Of a stretch of DNA of 64,000 bases, positions 38,371 through 47,824 are shown piece after piece. The notes under the pieces are model-generated. The model ran no database searches, was not told the DNA's origin, and worked only from the letters and a program-made list of their open reading frames with translations. Position numbers and translations under genes: made by a program. This stretch comes from an uncultured Collinsella sp. (lineage in GTDB: Bacteria; Actinomycetota; Coriobacteriia; Coriobacteriales; Coriobacteriaceae), in assembly GCA_902469435.1 (NCBI GenBank), contig CABRCR010000008.1, positions 9,805 through 73,804 of the forward strand. Reading direction: 5' to 3'. The first letter of the stretch is position 1. Each line of letters opens with the position of its first letter.

Positions 38371-39450
38371 CTAGATCTTCGCAAGCTCCTCGGAGATGAC
38401 GCGGCAGACGTCCTCAGCCTGAGGCATCACGCCGTACATCTCGAAGAAGCCGTGGTCGCAGCCGCGATAGCGAATCGCGGTGACGTCAACGCCCGCATCC
38501 TGCAGCCTCTTCGCGAATAGCTCGTCCTGATAGCGCAGGTAGTCATACTCGGAAGAGATGATGACCGTGCGGGGGAACGCGCTCACGTCCTCCGCGAACA
38601 GGGCAGACACCCTCGGGTCGAGCATCTCCTCCGCATTGCCGTTGGTATACATCACTGGCAGGTCGTCGTTGGCGTTGCGGATGCGATCCACCCTGCTCAG
38701 AGCCTCGGCCCTCTGGTCGTTCACGATCTCATAGAGGTCATAGGACCATTCCTCCGGAACAGGGCCGCCGTCGACGAGCGGATACAGCTCGGCCACGAGC
38801 TTGATCCTGTCCGCATGGGACCCGTCGAGGACGACGGCGTTGGTCAGGCTTCCGCCCGCGGAGTCGCCAGCCACGGCGACCCGCGTCGCGTCGACACCCA
38901 GCTCATCCGCATGCTCGACAAGCCAGTCGAGCGTCTTCACGCAGTCCTCGACACCACCGGGGAACATCGTCTCGGGAGACAAGCGGTACTCCGGGTAGAT
39001 CGCGACGCAGCCCGTTCGCTCCGCGATGTCGCGCAGGCAGTTCTCGTACTGGCCAATGTTGCCCACCATGAAGCCGCCGCCGTGGATGAACACGAGCGCG
39101 GCGGAGCCGCACCCGTGGCCCTCGGGCGTGAAGACGTGCAGGGGAATGCCCCTGTCGCCAAAGTTCATGACGACGGTCTTCTTGGCGACGTTCGAGCCCC
39201 TCACGACATGGGTCTCCTTGTTGGGAGCGGAGCGCCACGCGATCACGTCCACCGACCCCGCCGGCGCCGGGCCGGCGGCGAGCTTCGCATGGGCGCGCGC
39301 GTAGACGCGCGGATCGAGCACGCGCTCGCGCTCGTCTCCCGGCACGGGCTTCAGCAGGAGCTTCAGCCCGTTGGGCTCCACGACCTCCCTAGATCCACGC
39401 TCAAGCACTTCAAGCTCGGAAGTGGGGTACTTCCTCTCCTCGGTGCCCAT
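38371..39450 (-). CDS. Alpha/beta hydrolase (hormone-sensitive lipase family esterase)
   Basis: HGGGF oxyanion motif, GDSAG nucleophile, EYDYL and HGF. Confidence 0.92.
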   Translation of the reverse strand: MGTEERKYPTSELEVLERGSREVVEPNGLKLLLKPVPGDERERVLDPRVYARAHAKLAAGPAPAGSVDVIAWRSAPNKETHVVRGSNVAKKTVVMNFGDRGIPLHVFTPEGHGCGSAALVFIHGGGFMVGNIGQYENCLRDIAERTGCVAIYPEYRLSPETMFPGGVEDCVKTLDWLVEHADELGVDATRVAVAGDSAGGSLTNAVVLDGSHADRIKLVAELYPLVDGGPVPEEWSYDLYEIVNDQRAEALSRVDRIRNANDDLPVMYTNGNAEEMLDPRVSALFAEDVSAFPRTVIISSEYDYLRYQDELFAKRLQDAGVDVTAIRYRGCDHGFFEMYGVMPQAEDVCRVISEELAKI

Positions 39451-39452
39451 GG

Positions 39453-40397
39453 CTAGCCGATCTTCAGCTCGTCAAGCTTGGCGTCAAGCTTGGCCATCTC
39501 ATCGGCGGAAAGCTCCCACTCGAACGTCTCGCAGTTCTGAATCGCGTGGGCGTCCGTGCGCACGCCAACGAGCGCGGTGCCCACGTACTCCTTCTGGGTG
39601 CTCCAGTTCACGGCGACCTGTGCCACGGGCTTGTCATGAGCCTCGGCGATCTCGTCCATGACCTTGAGCAGCTCCTGGACGCGCGAGAACTTGGGCTCCT
39701 GGAAGTAGTCGTAGAAGCCGCCACGAACATCGCCCTCCTCGAACTTCGGCAGCTCGCGGAACTTGCCCGACAGGATGCCCGCGCCAAGGGAGCCATAGGT
39801 GAAGGAGTCGATGCCACGCTCGTAGCCCCACTTGATAAGGTCCTCGGAGGAGCGGTCGACCATGGAGTAGGGCGGCTGCTGGACGTCGACCTGAGCGACC
39901 TTCTCGCACTCCTCGATCATCTCGGTCGTGAAGTTGGAGACGCCGATGTGGCGAATCTTGCCTTGCTCCTTGAGGAGCTGGAGGGCGCACATCGTCTCGG
40001 AGAACGGGGTCTTGGCGTCGGGCCAGTGCACGAAGTAGAAGTCGATGTAGTCGGTGCGGAGATTGCGCAGCGAGCTCTCGACCTCCCTCATGATGTTCTT
40101 GAACGAAGAGTCGCGGTCATAGCCGGCGGCGCTGGTGATCAGGCCAACCTTGGTCGAGAGCAGGTAGCTCTCTCGGTCGACGCCCCTGAGCGCGTTGCCG
40201 ACGACCTTCTCGGACGCGCCGTTGCCATAGCACGGCGCGGTGTCAATGAGGTTGACGCCGTGATCGAGCATGGTGCGGATGGCGGACATGCTGGCGGCGT
40301 CATCGTTCTCACCAAAGGAGTCGCCGCCGATCGCCCAGGTGCCCACGGCGAGCTGGGAGACGTCAACGTCGGAGTTCTTGAGGTGCGTGTAGCGCAT
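39453..40397 (-). CDS. Aldo/keto reductase
   Basis: GTWAIGG, IDTAPCYG, STK, VHWPD and IGVSNF motifs. Confidence 0.93.
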   Translation of the reverse strand: MRYTHLKNSDVDVSQLAVGTWAIGGDSFGENDDAASMSAIRTMLDHGVNLIDTAPCYGNGASEKVVGNALRGVDRESYLLSTKVGLITSAAGYDRDSSFKNIMREVESSLRNLRTDYIDFYFVHWPDAKTPFSETMCALQLLKEQGKIRHIGVSNFTTEMIEECEKVAQVDVQQPPYSMVDRSSEDLIKWGYERGIDSFTYGSLGAGILSGKFRELPKFEEGDVRGGFYDYFQEPKFSRVQELLKVMDEIAEAHDKPVAQVAVNWSTQKEYVGTALVGVRTDAHAIQNCETFEWELSADEMAKLDAKLDELKIG

Positions 40398-40494
40398 ATT
40401 CTCTCCTTCTAATGGGGCGGCACGCGTCGAGTGTCCTCGATCGCGTGCCGCCGGGAATTGCCTTGAACAAGCTTCGAATGATCCGGAAGCCGCC

Positions 40495-41331
40495 CTACAC
40501 GATGCCCACGAGGCCGAGGACGAGCGCCAGAATCATGATGCCAACCAGGATGATGTTGACGTTCACGTTCTTCTTGCGCAGGAGCCAGAGGACGACGAGC
40601 GTAAGTCCCAGGGGCACGATGCCCTTGAAGATCGAGTCGAGGTAGGTCTGGATCATGACGGGGTCAGAGTCCTGAACCGGAATGGACAGGATCGTGTTGA
40701 ATTGGACGTTCGCCGCGGTCATGGCGCCGATCATCACGAGGCCAACCGTGGAGGTCGCCTTGGTGATGAGCTTCATGAGACCACCCTCGTACATCTCGGA
40801 GATGAAGTTGGTGCCCATGCTGAAGCCGAGGTAGGTCATGAAGTATCGGCAGAGGATCGACGGGATGTTGTAGATCAGCAGGAACATGATCGCGCCGAGG
40901 GGCGAGCCGCTCATGGCGAGGTTGATGCCAATGCCAGCGGCGATGACACGCAGGACGCCCCAGAAGATTGCGTCACCGATGCCGGACATCGGGCCCATCA
41001 GGGAAACCTTGATGCCGTCGATGGACTCGGTGTCGAAGTCTTCGTGCTGCGAGTTCTCCCTCTCCATGGAGGCGACGAGGCCCATGGCGAACGTGCCGAC
41101 GTTCTGGGTAATGTTGTACCAAGTCGTGTGACGCTTCATGGCGTCGGCACGGGCCTCGGGGTCATCGGAGTAGTAGCGGTTAAGCGCGGGCTGGACGGAG
41201 TACAGCCAGCCGTCGGCGCCAGCCTTGACGGAACCGCCGGCGCAGGAGGCGAACACGGAGAAAGAGCGCAGGAAAATGCTGTTGAGCATCTTCTTGTCTT
41301 CAGGGCTCACATTCTTGGTCAGGTTGCTCAT
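40495..41331 (-). CDS. PTS mannose/fructose/sorbose family IID
   Basis: KRH..WYN, IKVSLMGPMSGIGDAIFWG, GLVMIGAM; ATG overlaps the IIC stop (ATGA). Confidence 0.93.
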   Translation of the reverse strand: MSNLTKNVSPEDKKMLNSIFLRSFSVFASCAGGSVKAGADGWLYSVQPALNRYYSDDPEARADAMKRHTTWYNITQNVGTFAMGLVASMERENSQHEDFDTESIDGIKVSLMGPMSGIGDAIFWGVLRVIAAGIGINLAMSGSPLGAIMFLLIYNIPSILCRYFMTYLGFSMGTNFISEMYEGGLMKLITKATSTVGLVMIGAMTAANVQFNTILSIPVQDSDPVMIQTYLDSIFKGIVPLGLTLVVLWLLRKKNVNVNIILVGIMILALVLGLVGIV

Positions 41332-42140
41332 GCGAAGAAATCCTCCTCGTCGCTGGTTACAGAGTCGCCGGAAACGGCCTGGGTGGCCACTCCCTTCTTG
41401 GTGAGATCGAAGATCTCCTTGTCGCGGAGGGCGGAGGCAACCGCGATGATGACACCGAGAACTGCGATGGCGATCATCGGGAGGCCGAGGTACTGGTAGA
41501 GCGTAAAGCCCAAGAAGAAGTAGATGCTGAGCTCGGTGCTCCACAGCATCTGGAGCAGGAGCGCCATACCAACGGCGGGCAGGAGGGCACCCACGGCGTT
41601 AAGGCCGCTCATGACATTGGCCGGAATCTGGTTGACAATGGCGGCAACGGGCTCGGCGCCAAGGTAAACGCCGAGGAAGGCGATGAGGCCAAAGGCGGCG
41701 TACTTAACGAACCAGAGAACGAAGTGCTGAAGCGCGAGGCCCTTCTCGTTGCCCTCGGCGGCCATCTTGTCAAAGGTGGCTGCGAAGAACGCGAGGAACA
41801 CGTTGTTCATGAAGATCGAGAGAAATGCGGTGACGACGCCCACGGGAACGGCCAGTGTGATGGCGGCACCCTGGTCGATACCAGCGCCAACGGTGAAGGC
41901 GACGGCGAGGGCGGTCGCGGTAACAGGCTCGGCGGAGATAGCGCCACCAATGTTAACCGCGCCCATGAAGATCGCCTCGAGAGAGGCACCGATGATGACA
42001 CCGGTCTTGACGTCGCCCATCAGGAGGCCCGCAACGAGACCTACCACGAGAGGACGCTCGATCATGCACTGACCGAGAACCCAGTTGCCGCCGTAGCAAA
42101 TCAGCACGGTCAACCAGGCCATTATTGCCAACCCAACCAT
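41328..42140 (-). CDS. PTS mannose/fructose/sorbose family IIC
   Basis: RPLVVGLVAGLLMGD, LEAIFMG..NIGGA, LPAVGMALL. Confidence 0.93.
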   Translation of the reverse strand: MVGLAIMAWLTVLICYGGNWVLGQCMIERPLVVGLVAGLLMGDVKTGVIIGASLEAIFMGAVNIGGAISAEPVTATALAVAFTVGAGIDQGAAITLAVPVGVVTAFLSIFMNNVFLAFFAATFDKMAAEGNEKGLALQHFVLWFVKYAAFGLIAFLGVYLGAEPVAAIVNQIPANVMSGLNAVGALLPAVGMALLLQMLWSTELSIYFFLGFTLYQYLGLPMIAIAVLGVIIAVASALRDKEIFDLTKKGVATQAVSGDSVTSDEEDFFA

Positions 42141-42186
42141 TTGACTTCCTTTCTTTCATTTCATTTGGCCGCCTGGCCAAATCCCC

Positions 42187-42690
42187 TTATTTCCCCGCCG
42201 CCTCGATCAGACTCTTGAGAGGAGTCTTGGGATTGGACGGGATAAGCTGATGGAAAACCGGAATACCCTGCTCGCAAAGCTCCTTCGCGGCCTCGAGCTC
42301 ATCCGGGTTGAGCATGATCGTGGAGTTGAGGGCGACCTTGCTATCCGGATCGGACTTGTCGAAGCGGCCGACGTTGGCAACGTTCACGCCCTCAATCTTG
42401 CCCGGCGCGCCCTTAACGAGCTCAAGCACGTCACGCACGCAGTTGGTGAGCGCGAAGATGCGCATGGAGTCCGCGCGCGGATCGTTCGCGATGCGGCAGG
42501 CATCCGGAACGTCCTTGACGAGGAGTTTCTGGCCCGCCGGCGTACCCATGGAAAGCGTCATGCGAAGGGCGTCGCTCTCCACGGCGTGCTTGTTGGCGAC
42601 GATGATCCTGGTGGTGTTGAGCTCCTTGGTCCACACCAGGGCGACCTGTCCGTGAATCAGACGGTCATCGACTCGAACCTGAACAATCAT
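42187..42690 (-). CDS. PTS mannose/fructose/sorbose family IIB
   Basis: RVDDRLIHGQV phospho-His motif. Confidence 0.95.
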   Translation of the reverse strand: MIVQVRVDDRLIHGQVALVWTKELNTTRIIVANKHAVESDALRMTLSMGTPAGQKLLVKDVPDACRIANDPRADSMRIFALTNCVRDVLELVKGAPGKIEGVNVANVGRFDKSDPDSKVALNSTIMLNPDELEAAKELCEQGIPVFHQLIPSNPKTPLKSLIEAAGK

Positions 42691-42719
42691 TGCTTCCTCT
42701 CTCTACTTGTTAGTACTCT

Positions 42720-43148
42720 CTAATCAAAGAAGTCTCCCTCGGACTCCTCGTTGTCCGCGGCCTTGCTCGGAGGCTCGACGACCTGCATCGTCGCCCTCGC
42801 CAGCTCGACGCTCTGCTTGATCGAATCTGCCGTGACCGGCTCGGCGCCGAGGAGCGTCTCGATCACGAGGCCGAGGTTCATACCGGTGACGTGGACGATC
42901 CCGCGCTTCTCCGGCTCCATAAGGACGACCTTCTGGAAGACGGAACCACCGTAGATGTCGGTGAAGATGATGGCCTCGTCCTCAGGGCCCACCGAGCCAA
43001 TAAAGGCCTGGATGCGAGGGGTGAAATCAGAGTCGTCCACGTAGCAGTCAACTGCCTCCACCATGTCCGCCATGCCGGTCAGGATTCCGATCGAGCTCCT
43101 GATTCCGCTTGCGAGGTGGCCGTGCGACGCGACAAGAACTTTCTTCAT
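42720..43148 (-). CDS. PTS mannose family IIA
   Basis: VASHG, TDIYGGS and TGMNL motifs. Confidence 0.92.
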   Translation of the reverse strand: MKKVLVASHGHLASGIRSSIGILTGMADMVEAVDCYVDDSDFTPRIQAFIGSVGPEDEAIIFTDIYGGSVFQKVVLMEPEKRGIVHVTGMNLGLVIETLLGAEPVTADSIKQSVELARATMQVVEPPSKAADNEESEGDFFD

Positions 43149-43158
43149 CGAGTCTCTC

Positions 43159-44013
43159 CTAGAGCGAATAGTGGTTGGGGTTCAGAAGCTGGATCTTGCT
43201 GACGACGAACGCGCGCATGCCGGGGGCGGCGTCCATCAGGAGGCCTATGCCGTTGCCGTCGTTCTTACCGGAGTTGATGTCCTTCTCGAAGGCGCGGTAC
43301 ATGGAACGGAAGTACTCCGTGGCGATGTTGAACTTACTCATGCCGAGGTTCACGGCCTCCTGGAGCTGCTCGTCGGGGATGTCGGAGCATCCGTGCATGA
43401 CGAGGGGGACGCTGACGGCCTCCCTGCAGGCCTTGATGCGCTCCATGTCGAGGTTCGGGACCTTGACATAGGGGCCGTGGGCATTGCCGACGGCGATGGC
43501 GAGCGAGCCGCAACCGGTGCCCTCGACAAACTCCTCGGCGAGGTTCGGGTCGGTGTAGTGGTCGCTGTTCACGAAGTCGTTGGCGTCAGAGCCGTTGCCG
43601 ACATGGCCGAGCTCGGCCTCGATGTCGACGTCGAAGATCTTGGCGACCTGGACGACGTCCTTCGTGAGCTGGAAGTTCTCCTCATAGGGAAGTGAGGAGC
43701 CGTCGACCATGACGGATGGGAAGCCGGCCTTGACGCCCTTGACGGCGATCTCGTAACCAGCGGAGTGATCCTGGTGGACGGCGACGGGCACGCTCGCGCG
43801 CTCGGCGTAATAGCGGGCGGCGAAGGCGATGATGTCGAGGGCGCAGTGGTCCTCGAAGCCAGGCCAGTACTGGATGATGATGGGCATGTGCTCATCCTCG
43901 GCGGCCTGGATCGCATAACGGATGGTCTCCGTATTGATGACGTTAATCGCGGGCACGCCATAGTGGTGCTCGGTCGCATGTTGAAGAAGCTCGTTGACCT
44001 TGATGAGTGACAT
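43159..44013 (-). CDS. Class II fructose/tagatose-bisphosphate aldolase family protein
   Basis: HQDH, SVMVDGS, EAELGHV, GNAHG, VMHG and KFNIAT zinc-binding motifs. Confidence 0.92.
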   Translation of the reverse strand: MSLIKVNELLQHATEHHYGVPAINVINTETIRYAIQAAEDEHMPIIIQYWPGFEDHCALDIIAFAARYYAERASVPVAVHQDHSAGYEIAVKGVKAGFPSVMVDGSSLPYEENFQLTKDVVQVAKIFDVDIEAELGHVGNGSDANDFVNSDHYTDPNLAEEFVEGTGCGSLAIAVGNAHGPYVKVPNLDMERIKACREAVSVPLVMHGCSDIPDEQLQEAVNLGMSKFNIATEYFRSMYRAFEKDINSGKNDGNGIGLLMDAAPGMRAFVVSKIQLLNPNHYSL

Positions 44014-44127
44014 CTTTGTCTTCCTTTCACCTGAATAATCATTGGATCGGACAGTTCTCAGCTCGTCAGCTGGTTGAACACGAAGCGAAGCGCGAGGCAG
44101 GCAGGCGCTTGCGAGGCGCGGTGGAGC

Positions 44128-45330
44128 CTATGCGGCCGCCTGGCCCTCAGGCTGCGGCGCCGCGCTTCGACGCCATAGCACGTACGCCACAAGAGCAGCG
44201 ACTGCAGCAATCGTTGAAGCGAGGGCGAAGGCCAGGAAACCCGCGTGCGTGCCGAGCGCATCGCACGCCCAACCGCCAAACAGGTTCGCAACCACGACGG
44301 ACAGACCGCTCTGGACCATCGCGAAGGCGCTCTGACCTCGAGCGCGACAATCCTCGTAAGTGTGGTTGGCAATGTAGGTAACGCAGGAGTAGTAGACGGT
44401 CATGTAACTCACGCTCTGCAGCAGCTGGCCGCAGACCATGACCGGGACGATGCCGGTGCCCACAAGCACGAGCCTGAGCGCCGCCATGAAGCAGGAAAAG
44501 ATCAGGAGGTTCATCTCGCCGAAGCGCCTGACCAGCTTGGAGGAAACGAGCAGGATGGGGATCTCGCTCGCAGCGGAGACCGCACTCAGGACGCCCACGA
44601 GGTTCTGACCCTCGCCAAGCTCGACCGCGTAGCGGCCCAAGAACGCCCCGATGAAGCCAATCGCGGCCGAACTGATGAAGGCGAAGACCAAGACGAAGGC
44701 GATCTCATTGCTGGTGAACAGCGAGAGGAGGCCCTTTCCGTGGGAGACCTTGGGATCGTCCGCGGCATTGGCGCGAATTCCCGCCTCGGGGAGGCGCCAC
44801 ATGTGAGCCGCGAAGACCACCAGCGCGGCGGAGACCACCGTGAACTGGATTTGAGGAGCCATGTCGAGCAGCCGACCGACGATCAGGACGACGATGGCAT
44901 AGCCGATAGTGCCACCCATGCGAATGCGAGAAAAGTCCAGGCCAGAGCGATCCGCGAGCTCGATGACGAGGGAGTCGCTCAGGGGCAGGAGCCCCGAGAA
45001 AAACGCCGAGAATGCAAAGGTTACGAGAAGGACCGGGACGAACGTCGACGCCAGGTAATACAGCGGAGCGAGTACCGCCGCCGCAAGGCAGAGGGCCACG
45101 ATGACCGCGCGGCGGCGCCCGAGCTTGTCGGCGATCGTCGACCAGAGCGGCTGGATGGCGAGCGCACACACCGGGGTCGCCGCGAGGAGAATGCCGGTCT
45201 GGGCCGCGCTGAGGCCGAGGCTCGTGTAGTGAGCGGAGAGAAACGGCGAGTACACGCCCGCGCAGACCCAGTAGAGTACGTTCGCGAAGAACAGCGAAGT
45301 CATGCTTGCGTTTGTCTTGGCGTTGTGCAT
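44128..45330 (-). CDS. MFS transporter (oligosaccharide/nucleoside:H+ symporter-like)
   Basis: About 12 TM helices; QPLWSTIADK, FSRIRMGGTIG, SEIP. Confidence 0.88.
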   Translation of the reverse strand: MHNAKTNASMTSLFFANVLYWVCAGVYSPFLSAHYTSLGLSAAQTGILLAATPVCALAIQPLWSTIADKLGRRRAVIVALCLAAAVLAPLYYLASTFVPVLLVTFAFSAFFSGLLPLSDSLVIELADRSGLDFSRIRMGGTIGYAIVVLIVGRLLDMAPQIQFTVVSAALVVFAAHMWRLPEAGIRANAADDPKVSHGKGLLSLFTSNEIAFVLVFAFISSAAIGFIGAFLGRYAVELGEGQNLVGVLSAVSAASEIPILLVSSKLVRRFGEMNLLIFSCFMAALRLVLVGTGIVPVMVCGQLLQSVSYMTVYYSCVTYIANHTYEDCRARGQSAFAMVQSGLSVVVANLFGGWACDALGTHAGFLAFALASTIAAVAALVAYVLWRRSAAPQPEGQAAA

Positions 45331-45392
45331 CGTGCTTCTCCCTTCTTGCTCGCCGGGTGCCTGTCTGGGCTTCGAAGTGATTCACCATCTAG

Positions 45393-45566
45393 CGTGAAAC
45401 GGAGTTGCGAGGCGTTGAAACAATGTTCTGTTGTTTCATCGTTTTCGTGCCGTTGTTTCACGGCTCATAAGATAGCAGCTCAAGCTGAGATTGCGCCGAG
45501 GAAGTACCGATTTACCGTGAACGGTAGGAAATCAGCGGTGAAACGCTATTTCACCGCTGATGAAAC
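45393..45566. promoter_or_regulatory. Divergent promoter region with probable RpiR operators
   Basis: Several TGAAAC / GTTTCA half-sites; perfect IR ATCAGCGGTGAAA-cgcta-TTTCACCGCTGAT at 45531-45561. Confidence 0.65.
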
Positions 45567-45630
45567 ATTTTGCTTAATTTTCACCTCTCTTGACCTAAGA
45601 TACAAAGCAAGCTAGGACCAAGGAGTAACC

Positions 45631-46494
45631 ATGGATAAGACAGGGGATGTGCTCAGCCACATCTGCGCGGTCATGAGCAGCCTATCCCCCTCGGAGAAGG
45701 CAATCGCAACGTATGTGCTCGACCACCCGTCGGATGTCGCAACGATGACCGTCCGCGAACTCGCCGCAGAAACCGGTACGTCACCGGCGTCTGTTTCGAG
45801 ATTCGCAAGGACGCTTGACTACCGAACCTATTCGGACATGCGTCTGGCGCTCGGCATATCCATCAGCAGGGCATCCGGCGAAGAAAAGGCCACGGACGGC
45901 AGGATTACTCTGGACGACGTCGAGGGCTCCATCAAGTACGTCCTGTCTCACAAGGTCAAGGAGCTCTCCCAAACCGCCTCGCTCATTGACTCCGATGACT
46001 TTTCGGCAGTCGTCAATCTGCTCCACAACGCCAACCTCGTCCTGATCGCGGGCGTCGGCAACTCGATTAACATGGGCGTAAACGCGGCGTTCAAGCTCTC
46101 GCAGGTTGGAGTCAGAGCGTTTTGCCCCAGTACCACCGAAGCCATGGTCTCCGTCGCAACCAGCCTCAAGGAGAATGACGTTCTGCTCGTCATTTCGACG
46201 TCCGGATACTCGAAGCGCCTCGTCAACATATTCGACTCTGCCGAGGATTCGAACACCCCCATCATCATGATCACAGACAACCCGGATACGCCGCTCGCGA
46301 AGCGTGCCACGCATATCATCCGAGCCATCTCGCGAGATCAGGCCATCACCGGAACCGAGATCGCCTTCTCGCACAGCTCGATCAACTTCGTCATCGAGCT
46401 GCTGTTCCTCTTCCTGACCTCTTGCTGGGATGACCCGGTAGAGTTTAACAGGATCATCTCGAAGAATCTCATGGGAGACAAGCAATACAGCTAG
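45631..46494 (+). CDS. RpiR/MurR family transcriptional regulator (HTH plus SIS)
   Basis: LSPSEKAIA.YVL, TSPASVSRFA, GVGNS, ISTSG. Confidence 0.93.
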   Translation: MDKTGDVLSHICAVMSSLSPSEKAIATYVLDHPSDVATMTVRELAAETGTSPASVSRFARTLDYRTYSDMRLALGISISRASGEEKATDGRITLDDVEGSIKYVLSHKVKELSQTASLIDSDDFSAVVNLLHNANLVLIAGVGNSINMGVNAAFKLSQVGVRAFCPSTTEAMVSVATSLKENDVLLVISTSGYSKRLVNIFDSAEDSNTPIIMITDNPDTPLAKRATHIIRAISRDQAITGTEIAFSHSSINFVIELLFLFLTSCWDDPVEFNRIISKNLMGDKQYS

Positions 46495-46543
46495 GACGAC
46501 GCACGCCGGCGCACCGATGCCCAGACCGAAACGGGAGGACCCC

Positions 46544-47371
46544 TTGATAAAGCTCATCCTCGCAGACATGGATGGGACCCTGTTGCCGTTTGGCTCAAGG
46601 GTCGTATCGGAGCGCACGCACAGCGCGATTCTTTCGGCGCTCGATGCGGGCATCGCGTTCGGCCCCGCAAGCGGGCGCGACTACGCCGACCTGGCCGATG
46701 CCTTTGACGGCGACGCGCGCTGTTTCTCGACCGGCATCATGGCCAACGGAAAGAAGGTCTTCTCCAGCGGCGAACTCGTGTTCAAAAAGACGCTCTCGAC
46801 GGAGGCCCTCGTCAAGCTCGATAGCGCTGTACGCCCCTACGCGGGGACGTCACTCTGGCTAGTCGCCGATGTCGATGAGACAGGCAAGCGCTGCGAGCAG
46901 TTCCTCTGCGCCGTCGAGCCTGGCGACGAATTCGCCCTGGAAGTCGTTAAGGACTCCGGAAGAGACATGGCGCTCGGAGACGTGCCCACGAACCGTGACG
47001 TCATAACCGCCGGCATCTTCGTCAACGTCAGCTCCGCCCCGACGGAAGTCGTTCGGAGTCGATGCAAGGAAGCCTGCCCAGAACTTGATTTCCCCTCGCC
47101 CGTCCCATTCTTCCTCGATGTTGTTCCGGCTGGCTGGAGCAAGGTAAACGGACTCGACGCGCTTCTCGGCAGCCTTGGGGTCACGCTGGACGAGGTCGCT
47201 TTTATCGGAGACTCGGAAAACGACGTGACGCTCCTCGAAAAGGTGCCGAACTCCTACGCAGTCGCGGGCGCGATGCCAGAGGCGAAGGCCGCGGCCCATC
47301 ACCTGATCGGGAACGCAGCCGAGGACTCCGTCGCGAAGCTCATCGAACAGATTGTCCAGCAGCGAGGCTAG
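46544..47371 (+). CDS. Cof-type HAD hydrolase (sugar-phosphate phosphatase)
   Basis: DMDGTL, ASGR, SK and GDSEND motifs; probable TTG start after GGAGG. Confidence 0.9.
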   Translation: MIKLILADMDGTLLPFGSRVVSERTHSAILSALDAGIAFGPASGRDYADLADAFDGDARCFSTGIMANGKKVFSSGELVFKKTLSTEALVKLDSAVRPYAGTSLWLVADVDETGKRCEQFLCAVEPGDEFALEVVKDSGRDMALGDVPTNRDVITAGIFVNVSSAPTEVVRSRCKEACPELDFPSPVPFFLDVVPAGWSKVNGLDALLGSLGVTLDEVAFIGDSENDVTLLEKVPNSYAVAGAMPEAKAAAHHLIGNAAEDSVAKLIEQIVQQRG

Positions 47372-47423
47372 GGTTCCGCCAGCGTGGCATGCGCCGCGTG
47401 CCTCGTCATCCGTTCGTGGCGCG

Positions 47424-47573
47424 CTACCTCGTGACGATCCAGAGCGTGGCCATCGTCGCGACGCCGATGCCTACGATGAGCGCGGCCCACAGGACGCGGA
47501 TCACGGGGTTCATGTCGCCCGTCACCACCATGTCGTTCGCGTGCCAGAACCAGCTCTCGTTTCCCTTGCGCAT
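47424..47573 (-). CDS. Small (49 aa) single-TM protein missed by the ORF track
   Basis: AAGGGAG SD; MRKGNESWFWHANDMVVTGDMNPVIRVLWAALIVGIGVATMATLWIVTR*; GC-rich third codon positions. Confidence 0.6.
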   Translation of the reverse strand: MRKGNESWFWHANDMVVTGDMNPVIRVLWAALIVGIGVATMATLWIVTR

Positions 47574-47824
47574 GATGCACTCCCTTAGCCTCGATTACGC
47601 CATCTATGGCCGAGCAATCGCAGGTCACGTGCCATAGATTTGCCCTACGCCCAGCTTTCAGTTCTGTAAGGCGGCGGGAGCCTGTGCGAGGCCCCGAGTC
47701 CTGAGGCCGTTGCAATGAAAATGGGAGTCAAGGGGCACGCATCAATCATATGGGTTCCTTTCGAGGGCGATGGCAAACGAAGCATCCATCATATAATGGA
47801 GCGACGCAACCAGAGAGGTCACCC

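Larger units (their letters stand above)
38181..47732. mobile_element. Putative horizontally acquired PTS island
   Basis: Sits between the 3' HAD remnant and a 5' stub (SD plus MIDAC at 47749); possible IS-type end at 47709-47732; no transposase seen. Confidence 0.55.
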
